Source: Escherichia phage NiC89. From it: a DNA stretch of 64,000 nucleotides. Every line of letters begins with the position of its first letter. Position 1 is the stretch's first letter. The notes beneath the pieces were generated by a model. It did no database searches. It saw only the letters and a list, made by a program, of their open reading frames with translations, and was not told the origin of the DNA. Position numbers and translations under genes: made by a program. This document shows positions 54,270 through 63,142 of the stretch, piece by piece. The stretch lies in the sequence record LC620505.1, one strand, 5' to 3'.

Positions 54270-54577
54270 CGTAAATTCCCTGCAATTGGTATACTAACAA
54301 TACGCCCAGTATCTAAAATTCGCCGATATAATCTTTGTGTGTCTACATCAGGCTTAACGTGTTTAACTTCTATTTTATTAAACCAAAACTTGCGTGGAGT
54401 TTCAACTAATCTTGGAATTCCCATACCTAAAGCTAGTCGATACTGCTCTTTAAGAGTGGTAAATACTTTGTCAGCAATATTCCATTCAAAAAATACAGCA
54501 GGACGATGTTCATCAAGCGGAACTGGCGCCGTAAATCCGTCTTTGTCTCGGTAAACTATCGCATATACATAAACCAT
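54266..54577 (-). CDS. hypothetical protein (103 aa)
   Basis: ORF track. Confidence 0.5.
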   Translation of the reverse strand: MVYVYAIVYRDKDGFTAPVPLDEHRPAVFFEWNIADKVFTTLKEQYRLALGMGIPRLVETPRKFWFNKIEVKHVKPDVDTQRLYRRILDTGRIVSIPIAGNLR

Positions 54578-54578
54578 A

Positions 54579-55334
54579 TTATCCTCGGATAAGTTTAAAA
54601 ATTGAACAATTTAGCGGGTATCCTCTTTTCAGTTTAAGTTTATCAATAAAAGACAAGTTTTGATACCGCTCTACACCTTGAATAATTTTATCACACATAT
54701 CATATTGCATTTCTGCTTCTGATAACTTTTTCACAATTTTCCAATCCGAACCTTTAAGAAGAACGTTCAGTTTAACAACTTCAGCGCCTTCTGCTATGCG
54801 AGAACCATCAATACGAGCTTTAAGTGCTATAATCGTTAGCTTAATGTCAGAGGTCTGTTTTGATTTAGAAAGCTGAGAAATGTGTTCAATTCGATTTTCA
54901 CGTTTTTTCTGTATAGCTTTAATTTGATTATAAGTCTTTTTGATTTTAGCCCATTTCTTTTCATCTAAATTTAGTTTATGAACTTTTTTCGCAGATGAAC
55001 GGCCAATTCGCAAAGCAAATAAATCACGCTTTTCAATCAACTCTTCTAAAGTATAATCAGAACGAAATGTATTATACTTTTTCTTTACTGCAATAACGTT
55101 CCCTTTAATGTATCCAATGTTATTATCAAAACGTTCTAATGATAATTTCTCTCCTTCAATACGATTATCAAAAGGTTCTCCTGAATAGGCACAAACTTTT
55201 TGATCTAAAATGTTCTTAATGTAATTGAAGTCTAAGTTAAAATCTTTAGAACGTCTTTTTGCAGATGCCTGAGTGTGCTCTAAACGACGTTTAATTTTAC
55301 GAATTTGATTATTAGACATATTATGCAGTTTCAT
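54579..55334 (-). CDS. srd: Srd-like protein (251 aa)
   Basis: Size and position upstream of dda match T4 srd. Confidence 0.5.
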   Translation of the reverse strand: MKLHNMSNNQIRKIKRRLEHTQASAKRRSKDFNLDFNYIKNILDQKVCAYSGEPFDNRIEGEKLSLERFDNNIGYIKGNVIAVKKKYNTFRSDYTLEELIEKRDLFALRIGRSSAKKVHKLNLDEKKWAKIKKTYNQIKAIQKKRENRIEHISQLSKSKQTSDIKLTIIALKARIDGSRIAEGAEVVKLNVLLKGSDWKIVKKLSEAEMQYDMCDKIIQGVERYQNLSFIDKLKLKRGYPLNCSIFKLIRG

Positions 55335-55367
55335 ATTTTTCTCACATCTTACGGACGGTTGACTACT

Positions 55368-55399
55368 ATACTATAACATTTTTACCTTAGCTTGTAAAC
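55368..55399 (-). promoter_or_regulatory. early-promoter-like element upstream of srd
   Basis: GTTTAC 55394-55399, 18 nt, TATAGT. Confidence 0.45.
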
Positions 55400-55456
55400 A
55401 ACTTTATGTAAAAATGCTTTAAAACTTTCGTGGTATAATGAATCTAAGTCCTTCCA

Positions 55457-56059
55457 TTATAGATTAAATCCTTCAAAATCAAGAGTATAGATAGTGTATG
55501 TTGAATACTTTTTATACTCATATCTATCTGCAATTCTAAATACACTTCCAGCTGGTATCATTACTTCTTGTTCATCTGAAACTAATTCCATATTACGATA
55601 ACGATGACTATCCGGAAACTTAAAGTTTGGATTGTATTCTTTACAGCGTAGAGCTTTTATGGCATACTCCTGGAAATTGAATACCATAGGAGCTTTGAAT
55701 TCAAAAATAACCTGTGTGTTATACTCTAAACCGGAAGCAAAATGTAGAGCTATATTTTTATCATATGAAGCTGATACTACTTTATCAAATGTAATAATAT
55801 CAATTCCTTGATTTAACACCTGCTTAGTCTCAACTGGAACACCTCTCCAAAGAGGTTTATCGTTTGGAACCAAACGAGATTTGATTATTTCATTTAACCA
55901 AGTATGGTCATCTGGCTTATTAGTAATACAATGAATTAAAAGTTCAATTTCAGATAAATTAAACCCTTCAGAAAGTAATTCTTCACGAATAGAAGCACGC
56001 ACCGATGCATCCATTGATTTTATTTTAAAATCTTTTAGTTGCATTACTGAGTATTTCAT
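55457..56059 (-). CDS. modB: ADP-ribosyltransferase (ModB-like)
   Basis: R (LWRGV), S-x-S (SAS) and E-x-E (EQEVMIP) motifs; modA/modB assignment by order only. Confidence 0.6.
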   Translation of the reverse strand: MKYSVMQLKDFKIKSMDASVRASIREELLSEGFNLSEIELLIHCITNKPDDHTWLNEIIKSRLVPNDKPLWRGVPVETKQVLNQGIDIITFDKVVSASYDKNIALHFASGLEYNTQVIFEFKAPMVFNFQEYAIKALRCKEYNPNFKFPDSHRYRNMELVSDEQEVMIPAGSVFRIADRYEYKKYSTYTIYTLDFEGFNL

Positions 56060-56682
56060 TCAACTACCTCAATATCATAAACTTTAAATGTTCCAAATGA
56101 ATCGTGTAATTTTTCTTTTGAAATAGAAGTTATTTTGTACTTTCCAATTGGAATCATCCATTCTTGTTCATGCACAATCATCATTAAGTTATCAGTACGC
56201 TCTGAATCTAATCCATCAGTATCTTCATATGTATACTTAAACTCAGTATTAGGAGAAGAAAGTATAATATCGCTGATATGGTCAGAGTAATTAAAAGCTT
56301 TATCAGTTTTTAAACGAAGTATTGTTTCAGTGAAATATTCAGCATAAGAAAAAGAACACGCTGTATGCAAACTAGTAGTAAATGAATCTACCCTGTTCGT
56401 TGAAAACACTTCTCCAACTTGTAAATCTTTAATGAGTTCTTTTGTTGATTTTGATATACCACGATATAATTGATAAGGCGATTTAGTTAAATGCTTTTTA
56501 ATGATTTTATTCAACTGTCTGTGAAGAGCTTCATTCTTTTTAGCTTCCATACATTGCCAAAGAACAGACTGCTCAAAGTCAGTAAATTTTTCACAAACTT
56601 TTTTTTATACATATCATATTGAAAATCAACGCTTTCAGCTTTTATAGATAACTGTTCAACATCTGCAAGATTAATAATCATG
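56056..56682 (-). CDS. modA: ADP-ribosyltransferase (ModA-like), interrupted by an apparent frameshift in an A8 run
   Basis: Catalytic part 56056..56550 (LYRGI, FTTS, EQEWMIP); upstream out-of-frame segment from ATG 56682 with SD GGAGG; the frames join if the homopolymer at 56599-56606 were A9 or A6. Confidence 0.55.
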
Positions 56683-56707
56683 ATAGCCTCCGTATACTTC
56701 AGAAGCT

Positions 56708-56738
56708 ATCATATCATCGTTAGAAAGGAAAGTAAACA
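56708..56738 (-). promoter_or_regulatory. early-promoter-like element upstream of modA
   Basis: GTTTAC 56733-56738, 18 nt, TATGAT. Confidence 0.45.
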
Positions 56739-56748
56739 ACTTTTTGAA

Positions 56749-56931
56749 TTATTTTGCCCAGGGAGCCCAAGGCGGAGGGTCAAGATGGTATGAAGCTAGT
56801 TCTTCTAGAAGAGCATCTGGGGCTTCAATTCCATAATTCTGTAATACTATACGGTACTCTTTCTTATAATCACTAGAATCATTCTGGATATTCGTAGAAT
56901 GATTATCTTCTAACATCTCAAATAAATCCAT
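56749..56931 (-). CDS. hypothetical protein (60 aa)
   Basis: ORF track. Confidence 0.4.
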   Translation of the reverse strand: MDLFEMLEDNHSTNIQNDSSDYKKEYRIVLQNYGIEAPDALLEELASYHLDPPPWAPWAK

Positions 56932-56932
56932 A

Positions 56933-57409
56933 CTAATTCCTAGCGATAAAAACCAAATTGACGATTAGCTTCAATAATCTTTCTTTCTTCTTCGGACATT
57001 CTCCAACGTAGTCCAACATCAAAAGAGCCCAGACCATCTTAACAAATGCATTTATATCTTTAATATCTTCAATAATGAATGTTTTACTTTTAGAAGATTG
57101 ACTCGCTAATTTAACTTTATCGTCTTCAAACATGTCAAAAAGACCATATTCATGAGCTCTTTTATAGCCTTTAATAGTTAAAGCTTCGGAAGAAGAAAAC
57201 GGTGAATCAGTATTCTGCAAAATATCTTCAGTATGCTTTATAATTAGAATAACATTTTCTGGATATTTTCTTTCTTTTATATCTTTAATTAAAAAATCCG
57301 GATTTTCTGCTAAAGGAATAATTAATGAGCATTTTTTATCAAGTGTATTTACTGATTTACCTTCTTTAGACATAAATTCTATTGAATAATGTTTTGCTAC
57401 TTCAATCAT
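56933..57409 (-). CDS. hypothetical protein (158 aa)
   Basis: ORF track; an alternative short frame overlaps its C-terminus. Confidence 0.45.
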   Translation of the reverse strand: MIEVAKHYSIEFMSKEGKSVNTLDKKCSLIIPLAENPDFLIKDIKERKYPENVILIIKHTEDILQNTDSPFSSSEALTIKGYKRAHEYGLFDMFEDDKVKLASQSSKSKTFIIEDIKDINAFVKMVWALLMLDYVGECPKKKERLLKLIVNLVFIARN

Positions 57410-57562
57410 GTGATTTCCTCTTGCCTACTAATGGACCGTCAGGAATTTTGTTTTCCTGGATATACTTCTCATTTTCTTCCATCATTTTACTGCCAATTTT
57501 AAGAAGCAAATCCAAGGCTTCATTTGCTTTAGCCTTTGCCTCTTCTAACGTCATATCTTTGG

Positions 57563-57766
57563 TCATGATTTATCACCATAGATGTCTCTCATCAATTTAA
57601 GCGCTGAACGTTCTAATTTCTTTTCTTTCTCAGCACTAATCATTGATTTCATCCATTCTTCTGATTCGTTCTGCATTTCTTTATTTGCCTGTTCAATCCA
57701 ACCATCGTCAATATACATTGAGTTTGGTCTATTGAACCATTCAAGAATCTTCTTGAGAGCTTTCAT
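57563..57766 (-). CDS. hypothetical protein (67 aa)
   Basis: ORF track. Confidence 0.45.
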   Translation of the reverse strand: MKALKKILEWFNRPNSMYIDDGWIEQANKEMQNESEEWMKSMISAEKEKKLERSALKLMRDIYGDKS

Positions 57767-58238
57767 TTATTTTACCTAAAACGATAGTATGGACACCGTC
57801 AAATTCATGAATTTTTAGCAAATTAGGATTTAAATTATTCCATAAAGAGGTAATAAAATATGATAGCGCACTTTCGTCCGTAATTATAAATTTATTTCCC
57901 TTATCAATTTTCCAGTCATATATTGAATCATATGAATAGAAGGATAACGGTTTATTATTATAGTATGCTTCAGCAACATCAATATAGTTAGATTTAGTAA
58001 ATGCTTGAATTGCCATAAATGGAGAATTTTGTACAGTTTCAATAATTCCGATCTTTTTAAGTTTTATTTCAACATCTTCTGGAACTGGCATTGAAATAAA
58101 ATCTTCTACTAGATACATGTCATTGTCATATCTTTTATCAATCATTACTGCTACGGTAATTGGAACATCCTTGACAAACGCCATACTAATACTATTGATA
58201 GACATTTCAAACAAAATTGCTTCCATAATTTTCCTCAA
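57741..58238 (-). CDS. hypothetical protein (165 aa)
   Basis: ORF track. Confidence 0.5.
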   Translation of the reverse strand: MRKIMEAILFEMSINSISMAFVKDVPITVAVMIDKRYDNDMYLVEDFISMPVPEDVEIKLKKIGIIETVQNSPFMAIQAFTKSNYIDVAEAYYNNKPLSFYSYDSIYDWKIDKGNKFIITDESALSYFITSLWNNLNPNLLKIHEFDGVHTIVLGKINESSQEDS

Positions 58239-58576
58239 TCACAAGATGTAGATGAACAACTAGAATCACAAGAACTTCCACATGAATCACCTGCCCATAC
58301 GTGAACAGGAACATTTGTATCATATGAATCAGAACTAGACTGTGTATTCTGTGTGTTAGATGATGCAGTAGGTGTTGACCAGCGCCAAGGATTTTTATAA
58401 TATTCTTGGGCTTCTTCATAAGTCATAGTAACTGCTTCTACTGTTCCATCTCCCATATAAACATATTCAACTACAGTTAAAGGAAGATAGTCATTTGAAA
58501 TAGGAACTACACCTTCTCCCGGAGTTGTAGAGAAAAAATCTGTAAAGAAATTTTTAAACCAATTAAAGATAAACAT
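58235..58576 (-). CDS. hypothetical protein with Cys/Ser-rich C-terminal tail (113 aa)
   Basis: C-terminus [18 protein letters not shown]. Confidence 0.5.
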   Translation of the reverse strand: MFIFNWFKNFFTDFFSTTPGEGVVPISNDYLPLTVVEYVYMGDGTVEAVTMTYEEAQEYYKNPWRWSTPTASSNTQNTQSSSDSYDTNVPVHVWAGDSCGSSCDSSCSSTSCD

Positions 58577-58782
58577 TACAAAAAGCCTCTTTTGAATTCG
58601 ACCTGCTTCTCACCATAATCATATCGAATCTCTGCATTAAACTCAACAGAACCATCTGCGTACATCATAAATGAATGCACAACAACTTCTGTAGACCATG
58701 GTTGTAGTTCATATTTCTTCATTACATGCCGTGAAATGATAATATCTAAATCTTCATTTGGTTTAATCCAACGATTTAACAT
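58576..58782 (-). CDS. hypothetical protein (68 aa)
   Basis: ORF track; promoter-like element upstream. Confidence 0.5.
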   Translation of the reverse strand: MLNRWIKPNEDLDIIISRHVMKKYELQPWSTEVVVHSFMMYADGSVEFNAEIRYDYGEKQVEFKRGFL

Positions 58783-58808
58783 AGTGCTCTCCTCTATAAG
58801 ATAATTTT

Positions 58809-58838
58809 ATTATACCATACTCATTTTGGAAAGTAAAC
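58809..58838 (-). promoter_or_regulatory. early-promoter-like element downstream of the soc terminator
   Basis: GTTTAC 58833-58838, 18 nt, TATAAT. Confidence 0.5.
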
Positions 58839-58847
58839 TGTAAAAAC

Positions 58848-58873
58848 GAAAAAAGGAATCCCGAAGGATTCCT
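58848..58873 (-). terminator. rho-independent terminator after soc
   Basis: GGAAUCC-UUCG-GGAUUCC hairpin followed by U6. Confidence 0.65.
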
Positions 58874-58879
58874 TAAATT

Positions 58880-59137
58880 TTAACCACCAATACCTGGAGT
58901 TGGCGTAACAGTCCAAAGACCTTCATTTGCAGTAATCCAATCAGCACGCTGATTTTCTTCATATACTGTTGAATATGCTGCTTTTTCTGAAGGAAATGTC
59001 TGATAATGAGCCCCAGAAATTTTGTGAACATCAGAATAAAGAGGGAAAGCTACAGAAATTTCTTTACCCTGAATTGTACCACCGTCAACTGCTTGGTCAA
59101 ATGTTTTAATATTAACATAACCGCGAGTACTAGCCAT
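58880..59137 (-). CDS. soc: small outer capsid protein Soc
   Basis: 85 aa, MASTRGYVNIKTF...KEISVAFPLYSDVHKISGAHYQTFPSEKAAYSTVYEENQR...; late promoter upstream and terminator downstream. Confidence 0.85.
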   Translation of the reverse strand: MASTRGYVNIKTFDQAVDGGTIQGKEISVAFPLYSDVHKISGAHYQTFPSEKAAYSTVYEENQRADWITANEGLWTVTPTPGIGG

Positions 59138-59153
59138 GTAATTCTCCTTTTAT

Positions 59154-59363
59154 TTAAATTACATGATTATTTATAATAAATTCTCGCGGAACGTTAAAAT
59201 ATCCGATTTTAGTTAATATAACAACATCACCGTTAATAATTACCGGAGAATAATCTTCTGGAGCATTAAATTTCCAATGGGCTCTAATATTATATCCATC
59301 AGAACCAAATGCTCGAGTAGCCGGTCTCCCGGCTTTTTGCCACGCATAGAAATCAAATTTCAT
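59154..59363 (-). CDS. hypothetical protein (69 aa)
   Basis: ORF track. Confidence 0.45.
   Translation of the reverse strand: MKFDFYAWQKAGRPATRAFGSDGYNIRAHWKFNAPEDYSPVIINGDVVILTKIGYFNVPREFIINNHVI
59168..59175 (-). promoter_or_regulatory. late promoter TATAAATA upstream of soc
   Basis: Exact box on minus strand about 30 nt upstream of soc ATG. Confidence 0.65.
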
Positions 59364-59554
59364 TTTGAATGCTCTATAATTAATTTTAAAGCTTCTTCAC
59401 TGACAAAAATTTCGTCAGGACCTTCTATAACTTCAACCATACGAAGTTGATTAGTTAAGAGCTCACATACGAGCTCCTTGTTATAATCTTTAAATAGCTG
59501 GTCAATACGTTTCTTATGGGCTTTCTTAAGCTGACGCTTATTTAAACGAGCCAT
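59360..59554 (-). CDS. hypothetical protein (64 aa)
   Basis: ORF track. Confidence 0.45.
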   Translation of the reverse strand: MARLNKRQLKKAHKKRIDQLFKDYNKELVCELLTNQLRMVEVIEGPDEIFVSEEALKLIIEHSK

Positions 59555-60072
59555 TAATAACCTCGGTCTTGACGAGCGAAGTTTTCAGCATTTTTCAGGT
59601 AATAAAGTTTAAAGATTTCTTCAGCTGACATTCCAAGAGCAATAAATTTATTCATGAAAAAATGAAATTGGTCAATAAGTTCAAATTTAATTTCAAGCTG
59701 ATCTTCGGGAGATAAATCTTGAATTTTCTTGGATTGCATTTCAGAATAACGTTTCTTCCAAGGTTTCCATACAGCAGAAGCTTCTTTTTCGCCATTACTC
59801 ATACCACCAAGAGAAGTATATAACTCGCGGGTTTCATCTGCGATATAATCGTCTTGGTTTCGCAACCAAGCAAGAACTTCTCCTGCAGTTTCAAGTGAAT
59901 CAGGATGACGATTTGTTTCTGGTTTATCATTAGCCAAACGAATCTGTAAATGCCGCTGCATATTAAGCATAACCTGCAGTGGGTCAATATTGTGCATAAT
60001 ATTCTCAGCATATGCACGATTTGCTTTATCAACACCTTCGATCAAATGAGCACATTCATTAAAGTAAGCCAT
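59554..60072 (-). CDS. 56: dCTP pyrophosphatase gp56
   Basis: Trimmed to MAYFNECAHLIEGVDKANRAYAEN... with SD GAAAGGAAAAATA. Confidence 0.85.
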   Translation of the reverse strand: MAYFNECAHLIEGVDKANRAYAENIMHNIDPLQVMLNMQRHLQIRLANDKPETNRHPDSLETAGEVLAWLRNQDDYIADETRELYTSLGGMSNGEKEASAVWKPWKKRYSEMQSKKIQDLSPEDQLEIKFELIDQFHFFMNKFIALGMSAEEIFKLYYLKNAENFARQDRGY

Positions 60073-60106
60073 TATTTTTCCTTTCAATTCATGGGTTAGT
60101 AGATTA

Positions 60107-60131
60107 ATTATACAATAAATATATAAAGCAA
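60107..60131 (-). promoter_or_regulatory. middle (MotA-dependent) promoter candidate upstream of gene 56
   Basis: Minus strand reads TTGCTTTA (MotA box), 11 nt, then TATAAT. Confidence 0.5.
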
Positions 60132-60143
60132 TAAGGAGGACAT

Positions 60144-60344
60144 ATGGTACAAAAATTAATGGCACTTGTTAATGCCATAAAAGGTAATAAAAAACGTATA
60201 GCTTTTACTATTTCTGCTATGGTAGGAATTTTACTCTGGAACTTTATTCTATCACCTATTGCAATTGCACATGGTATTAATATTCCAGTAGTTACTCTTG
60301 ATACATTTGTAGATTTAGCATTTGCTTTAGTTGGGTTAATTTAA
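60144..60344 (+). CDS. small hydrophobic membrane protein (66 aa) on the opposite strand
   Basis: ATG preceded by GGAGG; two hydrophobic segments; no minus-strand ORF across 60144-60340. Confidence 0.4.
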   Translation: MVQKLMALVNAIKGNKKRIAFTISAMVGILLWNFILSPIAIAHGINIPVVTLDTFVDLAFALVGLI

Positions 60345-61369
60345 ATCTTAGCATATTTAGATAACCGCATTTTAGCCATCAACCCCTGGGCAATATTATT
60401 TTTCATATATTCCATAATTTGTTCAGGGGTTGCACCTTCCTTTCTAATCATATCATTAACATCTTTTGATTTCCAGGGAGATTTATCCCAAAACATAACC
60501 CTTTCTCCTGCATCAACTAATTTAGTCATTCGCTTGATAGTGTCAGGGTGACGAGGTTCATTATCTAAGACCCACACTCGTCTATCTTTAAATGGAACAA
60601 CTTCTAGGTCTAATTGACCACCCGTAATAGCTATACCATTTTCAATAAAAAGTGAATCTATAGGTCCTTCTAGAACATATACATCGCCATCTTTAACTCG
60701 TTCAACACCGTAAATTTTTGTTGCCTCAGGATAAGCTTTAATGGTGATATATTTTTGAGGAGCATCTTTCTTTAATGCACGTCCTTGAAAAGACTCAGCC
60801 TTTCCGTTAGCATTATAAATTGGAATAACAAGACGAGGCTCAGGTATTTCCTTTTTATATGTTCCCGGTACTATGCTATTAACCAATTTAGGCCATTCGG
60901 TTGTAAACCAAAGATATTTCCATTTATCCTTTGGAATACAACGAGCTTTTACATATTTTATAATTGGATGGTCTTCCGCCAGTTTATCTAATCTAACACA
61001 TGACGGAAGAGATTTAATTATTTTCTTCTCAGGTTGTTTAGGAAGTTCTTTAGGTTTTTCTACTGGACGACTTTTACCTTTTTCTTTTCTTATTTCAAAG
61101 ATATACTCACGATATAAATCAGGTTCAAACTCCTTTAAATATATTCCTATTGGTGCATGATAGTTACAGTTATAACAGTGAATATTTCCTTCATTATTAT
61201 CACCATAATACCATCCACGAGCTTTATTCTGGTCGGTTTTTGAATCTCCACAAACAGGGCATCTAAACCGCAATTTAAAAGTTGAACTATTATTTACTTG
61301 TGTGAATTTAGGTAAATGAGCTAATGCACGGTATGCAAACTCATTATCAATCCAAGGTATTGATGACAT
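60341..61369 (-). CDS. 61: DNA primase gp61
   Basis: 342 aa; zinc-binding CPVCGDSK...CYNCNYH motif. Confidence 0.92.
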   Translation of the reverse strand: MSSIPWIDNEFAYRALAHLPKFTQVNNSSTFKLRFRCPVCGDSKTDQNKARGWYYGDNNEGNIHCYNCNYHAPIGIYLKEFEPDLYREYIFEIRKEKGKSRPVEKPKELPKQPEKKIIKSLPSCVRLDKLAEDHPIIKYVKARCIPKDKWKYLWFTTEWPKLVNSIVPGTYKKEIPEPRLVIPIYNANGKAESFQGRALKKDAPQKYITIKAYPEATKIYGVERVKDGDVYVLEGPIDSLFIENGIAITGGQLDLEVVPFKDRRVWVLDNEPRHPDTIKRMTKLVDAGERVMFWDKSPWKSKDVNDMIRKEGATPEQIMEYMKNNIAQGLMAKMRLSKYAKI

Positions 61370-61371
61370 TT

Positions 61372-61536
61372 TTACTCTTCTTTTTCTTTAGATTCCTCTT
61401 TTTTCTTTTTAGGAATCTGTTCAGGACCTTTATTTACTACAGCGCCTGATGTTGTTCCAGTAGAGATATTTTCAGGACTACCACCTGAATCTCCAGCAAC
61501 CATATCTTCTTTGATAAATTCTTTATATGTTTTCAT
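61372..61536 (-). CDS. hypothetical small protein (54 aa)
   Basis: Own translation MKTYKEFIKEDMVAGDSGGSPENISTGTTSGAVVNKGPEQIPKKKKEESKEKEE; not in ORF track. Confidence 0.4.
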   Translation of the reverse strand: MKTYKEFIKEDMVAGDSGGSPENISTGTTSGAVVNKGPEQIPKKKKEESKEKEE

Positions 61537-61582
61537 ATTAACCTCTATTCATAAAAGCATTAAAAATTTGGTCATCAATCGA
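61534..61582. repeat. direct repeat copy 1 (about 49 bp), 3' boundary of the 118-aa gene
   Basis: catattaacctctattcataaaagcattaaaaatttggtcatcaatcga. Confidence 0.8.
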
Positions 61583-61894
61583 TGGAATAGCAACTTTTTC
61601 TGCATCATTTAGCAAATCATTAATTTCATCAGATAGCATAACACATGTATCTTTATTTCCTGTAATTGTTACTGCGCAATTACGAACATTTTCTTTATTA
61701 AATTTTAGGTTAATATTTTCGTAATGAAAATCCTTTAATGCTGAATATATTTTTAAAATAAAATTGTCTTTTACTACAATAAACCCAACCTCACTATTAA
61801 AACGTGGCTCATGGAAACTGTAATAAACCTTTTCATCTATAAAATCGTATGAAATTTTTTCCATTTTTAAATATGAAAATTCAGAACTATACAT
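61538..61894 (-). CDS. hypothetical protein (118 aa), single-domain paralogue of the adjacent 213-aa ORF
   Basis: GFIVVKDNFILKIYSAL block and C-terminal SIDDQIFNAFMNRG shared with neighbour. Confidence 0.5.
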   Translation of the reverse strand: MYSSEFSYLKMEKISYDFIDEKVYYSFHEPRFNSEVGFIVVKDNFILKIYSALKDFHYENINLKFNKENVRNCAVTITGNKDTCVMLSDEINDLLNDAEKVAIPSIDDQIFNAFMNRG

Positions 61895-61940
61895 ATTAAC
61901 CTTTATTCATAAAAGCATTAAAAATTTGATCGTCAATAGA
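61892..61940. repeat. direct repeat copy 2 (about 49 bp, ~45/49 identical), 5' boundary of the 118-aa gene
   Basis: catattaacctttattcataaaagcattaaaaatttgatcgtcaataga. Confidence 0.8.
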
Positions 61941-62537
61941 AACTTTTACTTTAGGCTGTTCTTCAAACGGTAATTCATATCCACATATTACAATTTTGTG
62001 ATCGATACCAAAATACACAGAAGCAATATGATTAATATTATTTTCAGTGAAATCTAAATCAACATCAATATCTTTTTGACCACAGCCCAAAGGATAAATA
62101 ATGCGAGTAATTCGATTATCTTTAACAAATATTCCACCGACATACTCTGTGCTGCGTTTAAAGTCTACACGCCGACGAAATGAAAAATATTCAGGCTCTC
62201 TATGAGCTCGGCTCATAGGACACAACGAGTAACTAGAATAAGAGATGTCAAATCCTACGCCTTCAATATGAGCCAACGTGTCATGATTAAACCAATTATA
62301 ATCGTACGCCAAGTCCATTAGATTATAATATGTAAAAGGCACCGGATTAACATCATATGTTGTACCTTTAAAATCTGCCCAGGCAACGATTTCATTATCT
62401 TTAACAATTACAAAAATTGTGCCAATAAGATATCCACGGTTATTTTCATCAGGCGTTATATTATAACATTGTGCATCAGGAAATTTACCGTATTTAAACG
62501 GTGGATTTTTGTGCATATAATAAATCATATTATTCAC
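61896..62537 (-). CDS. hypothetical protein (213 aa) with internally repeated domain
   Basis: Two copies of a VKDN-containing block (TIFVIVKDNEIVAW, GGIFVKDNRITRII); C-terminus SIDDQIFNAFMNKG. Confidence 0.5.
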   Translation of the reverse strand: MNNMIYYMHKNPPFKYGKFPDAQCYNITPDENNRGYLIGTIFVIVKDNEIVAWADFKGTTYDVNPVPFTYYNLMDLAYDYNWFNHDTLAHIEGVGFDISYSSYSLCPMSRAHREPEYFSFRRRVDFKRSTEYVGGIFVKDNRITRIIYPLGCGQKDIDVDLDFTENNINHIASVYFGIDHKIVICGYELPFEEQPKVKVSIDDQIFNAFMNKG

Positions 62538-62823
62538 CTGTGATTTCGGTTACGATATTTTTGTTATTAAAGTTTTTATCGCAATACAGAACATAATTAT
62601 ACTGCATTACACCACCAGACTTAAGCTGTTTTTGTACTTCAGCTTTCATTTCAGGACGATCGCGCTCAACGATATTCATAATATCCGCTTCAATTTGAGT
62701 TTCAACTTCAGTCTGATCCGCAGTCATAGACCATTCACACAAATCTTTATCATAACCTGCCATAGCAGGCTGAGCAGCACAAGAAGCTAAAGCAAAAATT
62801 GTAGCAAAAATAAATTTTTTCAT
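62530..62823 (-). CDS. sp: Spackle periplasmic superinfection-exclusion protein
   Basis: 97 aa with signal peptide MKKFIFATIFALASCAAQPAMA; size and position match T4 sp. Confidence 0.65.
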   Translation of the reverse strand: MKKFIFATIFALASCAAQPAMAGYDKDLCEWSMTADQTEVETQIEADIMNIVERDRPEMKAEVQKQLKSGGVMQYNYVLYCDKNFNNKNIVTEITGE

Positions 62824-62883
62824 GATAATCTCCTCAGTAGTTTATGTTTATATAGTATCTCAATTTCCAACAAAAGTAAATAG

Positions 62884-63141
62884 TTATTTTAAAACTTCTG
62901 CATAATCACATGTTACAAACTGTTTCTCTAACTTAACGATCTTACGAAAATATCTTTTGCATTGACGAATCTGCCTCTTCGTAGGACGTACAGCAAACTT
63001 AATAAATTCCACTCGACCAAATGGAGGACTTTCTTCTGCTGGAATATCTAGCACCAATTCCCATGTATCTGCAATAAGTGCTTTGAATTGCGTATTTTTC
63101 CTGACGTTATATGGAGTAGGTTTAAATAAAACAATATGCAT
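62884..63141 (-). CDS. hypothetical protein (85 aa) adjacent to dmd
   Basis: ORF track; position corresponds to the T4 ORF next to dmd. Confidence 0.5.
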   Translation of the reverse strand: MHIVLFKPTPYNVRKNTQFKALIADTWELVLDIPAEESPPFGRVEFIKFAVRPTKRQIRQCKRYFRKIVKLEKQFVTCDYAEVLK

Positions 63142-63142
63142 A

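Noticed and set aside
60073-60165. Track N-terminal extension of gene 56 (MPLIFVPYVLLIALYIY...)
   Set aside because: Reads through the middle-promoter region; the MAYFNE start has a proper SD and gives the expected 171-172 aa.
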